Positions 33,245 to 45,209 of a DNA stretch of 64,000 nucleotides are shown piece by piece (positions within the stretch are counted from its first letter, which is position 1; each line of letters begins with the position of its first letter). The notes under the pieces are model-generated. The model was not told the DNA's origin. It made no database searches and saw only the letters and a list, made by a program, of their open reading frames with translations. The DNA lies in assembly GCA_038087875.1 (NCBI GenBank), contig JAXLNO010000043.1, forward strand, positions 1 to 64,000, given 5' to 3'. This DNA is from Malacoraja senta (lineage: Eukaryota). The translations under genes were made by a program, and so were the position numbers.

Positions 33245-36201
33245 TCAGTATCCCGTACCTGCCTTCTCTCCATACCCCCTGATCCCTTTAGCCACAAGGG
33301 CCACATCTAACTCCCTCTTAAATATAGCCAATGAACTGGCCTCAACTACCCTCTGTGGCAGAGAGTTCCAGAGATTCACCACTCTCTGTGTGAAAAAGTT
33401 TTTTCTCATCTCGGTCTTAAAGGATTCCCCCTTATCCGTAAGCTGTGACCCCTTGTCCTGGACTTCCCCAACATAGGGAACAATCTACCTGCATCTAGCC
33501 TGTTCAACCCCATAAGAATTTTGTACGTTTCTATAAGATCCCCTCTCAATCTCCTAAATTCTAGCGAGTATAAGCCAAATCTATCCACTCTTTCTTCATA
33601 TGAAAGTCCTGACATCCCAGGAATCAGTCTGGTGAACCTTCTCTGCACTCCCTCTATGGCTATAATGTCCTTCCTCAGATTTGGAGACCAAAACTGTACG
33701 CAATACTCCAGGTGTGGTCTCACCAAGACCCTGTACAACTGCAGTAGAACCTCCCTGCTCCTATACTCAAATCCTTTTGCTATGAAAGCTAACATACCAT
33801 TCGCTTTCTTCACTGCCTGCTGCACCTGCATGCCTACTTTCAATGACTAGTCTACCATGACACACAGGTCTCGCTGCATCTCCCCTTTTCCTAATCGGCC
33901 ACCATTTAGATAATAGTCTGCTTTCCTGTTTTTGCCACCAAAGTGGATAACCTCACATTTATCCACATTATACTGCATCTGCCAAACATTTGCCCACTCA
34001 CCCAGGCTATCCAAGTCACCTTGCAGTCTCCTAGCATCCTCCTCACAGCTAACACTGCCCCCAGCTTAGTGTCATCCGCAAACTTGGAGATGTTGCCTTC
34101 AATTCCCTCATCCAGATCATTAATATAAATTGTGAATAGCTGGGGTCCCAGCACTGAGCCTTGCGGTACCCCACTAGTCACTGCCTGCCATTGTGAAAAG
34201 GACCCGTTTACTCCTACTCTTTGCTTCCTGTTTGCCAGCCAGTTCTCTATCCACATCAATACTGAACCCCCAATACCGTGTGCTTTAAGTTTGTATACTA
34301 ATCTCTTATGTGGGACCTTGTCGAAAGCCTTCTGAAAGTCCAGATACAACACATCCACTGGTTCTCCCCTATCCACTCTGCTAGTTACATCCTCGAAAAA
34401 TTCTATAAGATTCGTCAGACATGATATACCTTTCGTAAATCCATGCTGACTTTGTCCAATGATTTCACCACTTTCCAAATGTGCTGCTATCCCATCTTTA
34501 ATAACTGACTCTAGCAGTTTCCCCACTACCGATGTTAGACTAACTGGTCTGTAATTCCCCGTTTTCTCTCTCCCTCCCTTCTTAAAAAGTGGGGTTGCGT
34601 TTGCTACCCTCCAATCCTCAGGAACTACTCCAGAATCTAAAGAGTTTTGAAAAATTATCTCTAATGCATCCACTATTTCTGGAGCTACTTCCTTAAGTAC
34701 TCTGGGATGCAGCCTATCTGGACCTGGTGATTTATCGGCCTTTAATCCATTCAATTTACCCAACACCACTTCCCGACTAACCTGGATTTCACTCAGTTCC
34801 TCCATCTCCTTTGACCCGCGGTCCCCTGCTATTTCCGGCAGATTATTTATGTCTTCCTTAGTGAAGACGGAACCAAAGTAGTTATTCAATTGGTCCGCCA
34901 TAACCTTGTTCCCCATGATCAATTCACCTGTTGCTGACTGCAAGGGACCTACATCTATTTTAACTAATCTCTTTCTCTTCACATATCTATAAAAACTTTT
35001 GCAGTTAGTTTTTATGATCCCTGCCAGTTTTCTTTCATAATCTATTTTCCCTTTCTTTATTAAGCCCTTTGTCCTCCTCTGCTGGTCTTTGAATTTCTCC
35101 CAGTCCTCTGGTATGCTGCCTTTTCTGGCTAATTTGTACGCATCATCTTTTGCTTTGATACTATCCCTGATTTCCCTTGTTATCCACGGATGCACTACCT
35201 TCCCTGATTTATTCTTTTGCCAAACTGGGATGAAGAATTTTTATAGTTCATCCATGCAGTCTTTAAATGCCTGCCATTGCATATCCACCGTCAACCCTTT
35301 TAGAACTAATTGCCAGTCAATCTTGGCCAATTCAAGTCCCATACCCTCAAAGTTACCTTTCTTTAAGTTCAGAACCGTTGTTTCTGAATTAACAATGTCA
35401 CTCTCCATCCGAATGAACTCATCCATATTATGGTCACTTTCGCCCAAGGGGGCACCCACAACAAGACTGCTAACTAACCATTCCTCATTACTCAATACCC
35501 AGTCTAGAATAGCCTGCTCTCTCGTTGGTTCCTCTACACGTTGGTTTAGATAACTGTCCCGCATACATTCCAAGAAATCCTCTTCCTCAGCACCCCTGCC
35601 AATTTGATTCACCCAATCTATATGTAGATTGAAGTCACCCATTATAACTTTTGCCTTTGTTGCACGCATTTATAATTTCATTTTGGATGCCATCCCCAAC
35701 TTCACTACTACTGCTAGGTGGCCTGTACACAACACCCACCAGCGTTTTCTGCCCCTTAGTGTTTCGCAGCTCTACCCATACCGATTCCATATCCTCCAAG
35801 CTAATGTCCTTCCTTTCCACTGCGTTAATCTCCTCTCTAACCAGCAACGCTACCCCACCTCCTTTTTCTTTCTCTCTATCCCTCCTGAATATTGGATATC
35901 CCTGGATGTTCAGCTCCCAGCATTGGTCACCTTGGAGCCATGTCTCCGTGATCCCAACTATATCATAATCATTAATAGCTATCTGCACGTTCAACTCATC
36001 CACCTGATTACGAATACTCCTTGGATTGAGACACAAAGCCTTCAGGCTTATTTTTACAACGCTCTTACCCCTTATACAATTATGTTGAAAAGTGGCCCTT
36101 TTTGATTTTTGCCCTGGATTTGTCTGCCTGCCACTTTTACTTTTCACCTTGCTACCTATTGCTTCCGCCCGCATTTTACACCCCTCTGTCTCTCTGCTCA
36201 C
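33245..36201 (-). pseudogene. CR1 ORF2 (APE endonuclease plus reverse transcriptase), disrupted
   Basis: DIVGITETW, GGGVALLV, VYRPP, MGDFN, ESDHN and RT motifs; split over several track ORFs by stops and frameshifts. Confidence 0.92.
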
Positions 36202-36354
36202 CTATTTAAGAACCCCACCACCTCTTTTTCTCTGTTTATTATTGTTTTCTTCTTTCCCCCCTACATGTTGGGTCTGAGTGCTTTCCTTCTCTGCCTCCTG
36301 CCTCACACACTGTCTAATAGCCTTCTCTATTTGAGTCCTCCCCCCCCAACCATT

Positions 36355-37290
36355 CTAGTTTAAAGTCTCCCCAGTATCCTTTGCAGATCTCCCCGCCAGG
36401 ATATCGGTCCCCCTCAGGTTCAAGTGCAACCCATCCTTTTTGTACAGGTCGCACCTTCCACAAAAGAGGTCCCAATGATCCAGAAATTTGAATCCCTGCC
36501 CTCTGCACCAGTCCTTCAGCCACGCATTTATCCTCCACCTCGCTCCATTCCTTCTCTCACTGTCGCGTGGCACAGGCAGTAATCCCGAGATTGTTACCTT
36601 TGCTGTTCTTCTGTTTAACTCCCCTCCTAACTCCCTAAATTCTCCTTACAGGACCTCTTCTCTTTTTTTACCTATGTCATTGGTACCTATATGTACCACG
36701 ACCTCGGACTCCTCTCCCTCCCCTTTCAGGATAACTTGGACACGTTGAGACACATCACAGACCCTGGCACCAGGGAGGCAAACTACCATCCGGGTCTCCC
36801 GACTGCGTCCACAGAATCGCCTGTCTGACCCCCTAACTATAGAGTCCCCTATTAGTATTGCCCTCCTCTTCTTTTCCTTACACTTCTGAGCAACAGGACC
36901 GGTCTCTGTACCAGAGGCCCGGCCGCTGTCGCTACCCGCAGGTAGGCTGTCCCCCCCAACAGTGCTCAAACAGGAGTACTTATTGTCAAGGTGTACAGCC
37001 ACCGGGGTACGCTCTAGTCTCTGCCTGTGCCCCTTGCCTCTCCCGACCATGACCCACTTGCCTGCCTCCTGTGGTCTTGGAGTGACCACCTCCCTGTAAC
37101 TCCTCTCAATGACTTCCTCGCTCTCCCTGACCAGACGGAGGTCATCGAGCTGCTGGTCCAGGTTCCTAATATGGTCCCTTAGGAGCCCCATCTCGATACA
37201 CCTGGCGCAGATGTGGACGTCTGGAGGGCTATCAGACTCCATGACTTCCCACATCTGACATCCAGAACAGTAAACTACCTGGCTCTTACA
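36355..37290 (-). pseudogene. CR1 ORF1 (CxxC..CxxC finger, leucine zipper, SGNH esterase) with a premature stop at 36646-36648
   Basis: CSGCQMW..HICARC, heptad leucines; esterase blocks LIGDSIVRG, CLPGA, HIGTNDI, DGLHLN. Confidence 0.9.
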
Positions 37291-40200
37291 CTCCCCCCTT
37301 ACCCTGGATACAATACATCTGACATCCAGAACAACAAACTGCCCTGGCCCTCATACTCCCCTCTTACCCTAGATACAACACATCTGACATCCAGAACAAC
37401 GAACTGCCCTGGCCCTCATTCTCCCCCCTCACCCTGGATACAATACATCTGACATCCAGAACAACAAACTGCCCTGGCCCTCATACTCCCCTTACCCTGG
37501 ATACAATACATCTGACATCCAGAACAGTAAACTGTCCTGGCCCTCATACTCCCCTTACCCTGGATACCATACATCTGACATCCAGAACAGTAAACTGCCC
37601 TGGCCCTCATACTCCCCCCTTACCCTGGATACAATACATCTGACATCCAGAACAGTAAACTGCCCTGGCCCTCATACTCCCCTTACCCTGGATACAATAC
37701 ATCTGACATCCAGAACAGTAAACTGCCCTGGCCCCCATACTCCCCTTACCCTGGATACAATACATCTGACATCCAGAACAGTAAACTGCCCTGGCCCTCA
37801 TACTCCCCTTACCCTGGATAGAATACATCTGACATCCAGAACAGTAAACTGCCCTGGCCCTCATACTCCCCTTACCCTGGATACAATACACCTGACATCG
37901 AGAACAGTAAACTGCCCTGGCACTCATACTCCCCTTACCCTGGATACAATACATCTGACATCCAGAACAGTAAACTGCCCATGGCCTCATACTCCCCTTA
38001 CCCTGGATACAATACATCTGACATCCAGAACAACAAACAGCCCTGGCCCTCATACTCCCCTTACCCTGGATACAATACATCAGACATCCAGAACAGTAAA
38101 CTGCCCTGGCCCTCATACTCTCCCCTTACCCTGGATACAATACATCTGACATCCAGAACAGTAAACTGCCCTGGCCCTCATACTCCCCTTACCCTGGATA
38201 GAATACATCTGACATCCAGAACAGTAAACTGCCCTGGCCCTCATACTCCCCTTACCCTGGATACAATACATCTGACATCCAGAACAACAAACTGCCCTGG
38301 CCCTCATACTCCCCCCTTACCCTGGATACAATACATCTGTCATCCAGAACAACAAACAGCCCTGGGCCTCATACTCCCCTTACCATGGATACAATACATC
38401 TGACACCCAGAACAGTAAACTGCCCTGGCCCTCATACTCCCCTTACCCTGCATACAATACATCTGACATCCAGAACAGTAAACTGCCCTGGCCCTCATAC
38501 TCCCCCCTTACCCTGGATACAATACATCTGACATCCAGAACAGTAAACTGCCCTGGCCCTCATACTCCCCTTACCCTGGATACAATACATCTGACATCCA
38601 GAACAGTAAACTGCCCTGGCCCTCATACTCCCCTTACCCTGGATACAATACATATGACATCCAGAACAGTAAACTGCCTTGGCCCTCAATCTCCCCTTAC
38701 CCTGGATAGAATACATCTGACATCCAGAACAGTAAACTGCCCTGGCCCTCATACTCCCCTTACCCTGGATACAATACATCTGACATCCAGAACAGTAAAC
38801 TGCCCTGGCCCTCATACTCCCCTTACCCCGGATACAATACATCTGACATCCAGAACAGTAAACTGCCCTGGCCCTCATACTCCCCTTACCCTGGATACAA
38901 TACATCTGACATCCAGAACAGTAAACTGCCCTGGCCCTCATACTCCCCTTACCCTGGATACAATACATCTGACATCCAGAACAGTAAACTGCCCTGGCCC
39001 TCATACTCCCCTTACCCCGGATACAATACATCTGACATCCAGAACAGTAAACTGCCCTGGCCCTCATACTCCCCTTACCCTGGATACAATACATCTGACA
39101 TCCAGAACAGTAAACCGCCCTGGCCCTCATACTCCCCTTATCCTGGATAGAATACATCTGACATCCAGAACAGTAAACTGCCCTGGCCCTCATACTCCCC
39201 TTACCCTGGATAGAATACATCTGAATACATCTGACATCCAGAACAGTAAACTGCCCTGGCCCTCATACTCCCCTTACCCTGGATACAATACATCTGACAT
39301 CCAGAACAGTAAACTGCCCTGGCCCTCATACTCCCCTTACCCTGGATACAATACATCTGACATCCAGAACAGTAAACTGCCCTGGCCCTCATACTCCCCT
39401 TACCCTGGATACAATACATCTGACATCCAGAACAGTAAACTGCCCTGGCCCTCATACTCCCCTTACCCTGGATACAATACATCTGACACCCAGAACAGTA
39501 AACTGCCCTGGGCCTCATACTCCCCTTACCCTGGATAGAATACGTCTGACATCCAGAACAGTAAACTGCCCTGGCCCTCATACTCCCCTTACCCTGGATA
39601 CAATACACCTGACATCGAGAACAGTAAACTGCCCTGGCACTCATACTCCCCTTACCCTGGATACAATACATCTGACATCCAGAACAGTAAACTGCCCATG
39701 GCCTCATACTCCCCTTACCCTGGATACAATACATCTGACATCCAGAACAACAAACAGCCCTGGCCCTCATACTCCCCTTACCCTGGATACAATACATCTG
39801 ACATCCAGAACAGTAAACTGCCCTGGCCCTCATACTCTCCCCTTACCCTGGATACAATACATCTGACATCCAGAACAGTAAACTGCCCTGGCCCTCATAC
39901 TCCCCTTACCCTGGATAGAATACATCTGACATCCAGAACAGTAAACTGCCCTGGCCCTCATACTCCCCTTACCCTGGATACAATACATCTGACATCCAGA
40001 ACAACAAACTGCCCTGGCCCTCATACTCCCCCCTTACCCTGGATACAATACATCTGTCATCCAGAACAACAAACAGCCCTGGGCCTCATACTCCCCTTAC
40101 CATGGATACAATACATCTGACACCCAGAACAGTAAACTGCCCTGGCCCTCATACTCCCCTTACCCTGCATACAATACATCTGACATCCAGAACAGTAAAC

Positions 40201-43200
40201 TGCCCTGGCCCTCATACTCCCCCCTTACCCTGGATACAATACATCTGACATCCAGAACAGTAAACTGCCCTGGCCCTCATACTCCCCTTACCCTGGATAC
40301 AATACATCTGACATCCAGAACAGTAAACTGCCCTGGCCCTCATACTCCCCTTACCCTGGATACAATACATATGACATCCAGAACAGTAAACTGCCCTGGC
40401 CCTCATACTCCCCTTACCCTGGATAGAATACATCTGACATCCAGAACAGTAAACTGCCCTGGCCCTCATACTCCCCTTACCCTGGATACAATACATCTGA
40501 CATCCAGAACAGTAAACTGCCCTGGCCCTCATACTCCCCTTACCCCGGATACAATACATCTGACATCCAGAACAGTAAACTGCCCTGGCCCTCATACTCC
40601 CCTTACCCTGGATACAATACATCTGACATCCAGAGCAGTAAACTGCCCTGGCCCTCATACTCCCCTTACCCTGGATAGAATACATCTGACATCCAGAACA
40701 GTAAACTGCCCTGGCCCTCATACTCCCCTTACCCTGGATAGAATACATCTGAATACATCTGACATCCAGAACAGTAAACTGCCCTGGCCCTCATACTCCC
40801 CTTACCCTGGATACAATACATCTGACATCCAGAACAGTAAACTGCCCTGGCCCTCATACTCCCCTTACCCTGGATACAATACATCTGACATCCAGAACAG
40901 TAAACTGCCCTGGCCCTCATACTCCCCTTACCCTGGATACAATACATCTGACATCCAGAACAGTAAACTGCCCTGGGCCTCATACTCCCCTTACCCTGGA
41001 TACAATTCATCTTACATCCAGAACAGTAAACTGCCCTGGCCCTCATAGTCCCCTTACCCTGGATACAATACATCTGACATCCAGAACAGTAAACTGCCCT
41101 GGCCCTCATACTCCCCTTACCCTGGATACAATACATCTGACATCCAGAACAGTAAACTGCCCTGGCCCTCATACTCCCCTTACCCTGGATACAATACATC
41201 TGACATCCAGAACAGTAAACTGTCCTGGCCCTCATACTCCCCTTACCCTGGATACCATACATCTGACATCCAGAACAGTAAACTGCCCTGGCCCTCATAC
41301 TCCCCCCTTACCCTGGATACAATACATCTGACATCCAGAACAGTAAACTGCCCTGGCCCTCATACTCCCCTTACCCTGGATACAATACATCTGACATCCA
41401 GAACAGTAAACTGCCCTGGCCCCCATACTCCCCTTACCCTGGATACAATACATCTGACATCCAGAACAGTAAACTGCCCTGGCCCTCATACTCCCCTTAC
41501 CCTGGATAGAATACATCTGACATCCAGAACAGTAAACTGCCCTGGCCCTCATACTCCCCTTACCCTGGATACAATACACCTGACATCGAGAACAGTAAAC
41601 TGCCCTGGCACTCATACTCCCCTTACCCTGGATACAATACATCTGACATCCAGAACAGTAAACTGCCCATGGCCTCATACTCCCCTTACCCTGGATACAA
41701 TACATCTGACATCCAGAACAACAAACAGCCCTGGCCCTCATACTCCCCTTACCCTGGATACAATACATCAGACATCCAGAACAGTAAACTGCCCTGGCCC
41801 TCATACTCTCCCCTTACCCTGGATACAATACATCTGACATCCAGAACAGTAAACTGCCCTGGCCCTCATACTCCCCTTACCCTGGATAGAATACATCTGA
41901 CATCCAGAACAGTAAACTGCCCTGGCCCTCATACTCCCCTTACCCTGGATACAATACATCTGACATCCAGAACAACAAACTGCCCTGGCCCTCATACTCC
42001 CCCCTTACCCTGGATACAATACATCTGTCATCCAGAACAACAAACAGCCCTGGGCCTCATACTCCCCTTACCATGGATACAATACATCTGACACCCAGAA
42101 CAGTAAACTGCCCTGGCCCTCATACTCCCCTTACCCTGCATACAATACATCTGACATCCAGAACAGTAAACTGCCCTGGCCCTCATACTCCCCCCTTACC
42201 CTGGATACAATACATCTGACATCCAGAACAGTAAACTGCCCTGGCCCTCATACTCCCCTTACCCTGGATACAATACATCTGACATCCAGAACAGTAAACT
42301 GCCCTGGCCCTCATACTCATCTTACCCTGGATACAATACATATGACATCCGGAACAGTAAACTGCCCTGGCTCTCAATCTCCCCTTACCCTGGATAGAAT
42401 ACATCTGACATCCAGAACAGTAAACTGCCCTGGCCCTCATACTCCCCTTACCCTGGATACAATACATCTGACATCCAGAACAGTAAACTGCCCTGGCCCT
42501 CATACTCCCCTTACCCCGGATACAATACATCTGACATCCAGAACAGTAAACTGCCCTGGCCCTCATACTCCCCTTACCCTGGATACAATACATCTGACAT
42601 CCAGAACAGTAAACTGCCCTGGCCCTCATACTCCCCTTACCCTGGATACAATACATCTGACATCCAGAACAGTAAACTGCCCTGGCCCTCATACTCCCCT
42701 TACCCCGGATACAATACATCTGACATCCAGAACAGTAAACTGCCCTGGCCCTCATACTCCCCTTACCCTGGATACAATACATCTGACATCCAGAACAGTA
42801 AACTGCCCTGGCCCTCATACTCCCCTTATCCTGGATAGAATACATCTGACATCCAGAACAGTAAACTGCCCTGGCCCTCATACTCCCCTTACCCTGGATA
42901 GAATACATCTGAATACATCTGACATCCAGAACAGTAAACTGCCCTGGCCCTCATACTCCCCTTACCCTGGATACAATACATCTGACATCCAGAACAGTAA
43001 ACTGCCCTGGCCCTCATACTCCCCTTACCCTGGATACAATACATCTGACATCCAGAACAGTAAACTGCCCTGGCCCTCATACACCCCTTACCCTGGATAC
43101 AATACATCTGACATCCAGAACAGTAAACTGCCCTGGCCCTCATACTCCCCTTACCCTGGATACAATACATCTGACACCCAGAACAGTAAACTGCCCTGGG

Positions 43201-45074
43201 CCTCATACTCCCCTTACCCTGGATAGAATACGTCTGACATCCAGAACAGTAAACTGCCCTGGCCCTCATACTCCCCTTACCCTGGATACAATACACCTGA
43301 CATCGAGAACAGTAAACTGCCCTGGCACTCATACTCCCCTTACCCTGGATACAATACATCTGACATCCAGAACAGTAAACTGCCCATGGCCTCATACTCC
43401 CCTTACCCTGGATACAATACATCTGACATCCAGAACAACAAACAGCCCTGGCCCTCATACTCCCCTTACCCTGGATACAATACATCTGACATCCAGAACA
43501 GTAAACTGCCCTGGCCCTCATACTCTCCCCTTACCCTGGATACAATACATCTGACATCCAGAACAGTAAACTGCCCTGGCCCTCATACTCCCCTTACCCT
43601 GGATAGAATACATCTGACATCCAGAACAGTAAACTGCCCTGGCCCTCATACTCCCCTTACCCTGGATACAATACATCTGACATCCAGAACAACAAACTGC
43701 CCTGGCCCTCATACTCCCCCCTTACCCTGGATACAATACATCTGTCATCCAGAACAACAAACAGCCCTGGGCCTCATACTCCCCTTACCATGGATACAAT
43801 ACATCTGACACCCAGAACAGTAAACTGCCCTGGCCCTCATACTCCCCTTACCCTGCATACAATACATCTGACATCCAGAACAGTAAACTGCCCTGGCCCT
43901 CATACTCCCCCCTTACCCTGGATACAATACATCTGACATCCAGAACAGTAAACTGCCCTGGCCCTCATACTCCCCTTACCCTGGATACAATACATCTGAC
44001 ATCCAGAACAGTAAACTGCCCTGGCCCTCATACTCCCCTTACCCTGGATACAATACATATGACATCCAGAACAGTAAACTGCCCTGGCCCTCATACTCCC
44101 CTTACCCTGGATAGAATACATCTGACATCCAGAACAGTAAACTGCCCTGGCCCTCATACTCCCCTTACCCTGGATACAATACATCTGACATCCAGAACAG
44201 TAAACTGCCCTGGCCCTCATACTCCCCTTACCCCGGATACAATACATCTGACATCCAGAACAGTAAACTGCCCTGGCCCTCATACTCCCCTTACCCTGGA
44301 TACAATACATCTGACATCCAGAGCAGTAAACTGCCCTGGCCCTCATACTCCCCTTACCCTGGATAGAATACATCTGACATCCAGAACAGTAAACTGCCCT
44401 GGCCCTCATACTCCCCTTACCCTGGATAGAATACATCTGAATACATCTGACATCCAGAACAGTAAACTGCCCTGGCCCTCATACTCCCCTTACCCTGGAT
44501 ACAATACATCTGACATCCAGAACAGTAAACTGCCCTGGCCCTCATACTCCCCTTACCCTGGATACAATACATCTGACATCCAGAACAGTAAACTGCCCTG
44601 GCCCTCATACTCCCCTTACCCTGGATACAATACATCTGACATCCAGAACAGTAAACTGCCCTGGGCCTCATACTCCCCTTACCCTGGATACAATTCATCT
44701 TACATCCAGAACAGTAAACTGCCCTGGCCCTCATAGTCCCCTTACCCTGGATACAATACATCTGACATCCAGAACAGTAAACTGCCCTGGCCCTCATACT
44801 CCCCTTACCCTGGATACAATACATCTGACATCCAGAACAGTAAACTGCCCTGGCCCTCATACTCCCCTTACCCTGGATACAATACATCTGACCTCCAGAA
44901 CAGTAAACTTCCCTGGGCCTCATACTCCCCTGACCCTGGATACAATACATCTGACATCCAGAACAGTAAACTGCCCTGGGCCTCATACTCCCCTTACCCT
45001 GGATACAATACATCTGACATCCAGAACAGTAAACTGCCCTGGGCCTCATACTCCCCTTACCCTGGATACAATAC
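37251..45074. repeat. 63-bp tandem array (~124 units) derived from the CR1 5'UTR/ORF1 start
   Basis: Unit ACATCTGACATCCAGAACAGTAAACTGCCCTGGCCCTCATACTCCCCTTACCCTGGATACAAT; minus strand reads MRARAVYCSGCQMYCIQGKGS. Confidence 0.97.
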
Positions 45075-45098
45075 AAAACAAACTGCTACAATACAGTA

Positions 45099-45159
45099 CA
45101 ATCAGCAGGGATCTGACTCCCAATCAGCTGCTCCCTCTTGTCTGCTTCCGCCAATCAGC
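45099..45159. promoter_or_regulatory. Candidate CR1 internal promoter with repeated (C)CAATCAGC boxes
   Basis: CAATCAGC at 45099, 45121 and 45152, the last two as full CCAAT boxes, in the presumptive 5'UTR. Confidence 0.4.
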
Positions 45160-45209
45160 GGCTTCCTCAAACCCACTTATTTTTGAAGTGGAACTTGGAA
45201 CGTTCAGTT

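Larger units (their letters stand above)
33150..45209 (-). mobile_element. Full-length CR1 LINE (5'UTR, ORF1, ORF2, 3'UTR) carrying an internal 7.8-kb tandem array
   Basis: Colinear 5'UTR (45075-45209), ORF1 with zinc finger/leucine zipper and esterase, APE-RT ORF2, 3' tail at 33150. Confidence 0.93.

Noticed and set aside
37251..45074. CRISPR-like array, or a Cys-rich metallothionein-like gene (ORFs up to 241-294 aa)
   Set aside because: Units are head-to-tail with no unique spacers and there are no cas genes. Long ORFs appear on both strands simply because the unit is 63 bp, and they are broken by indels.
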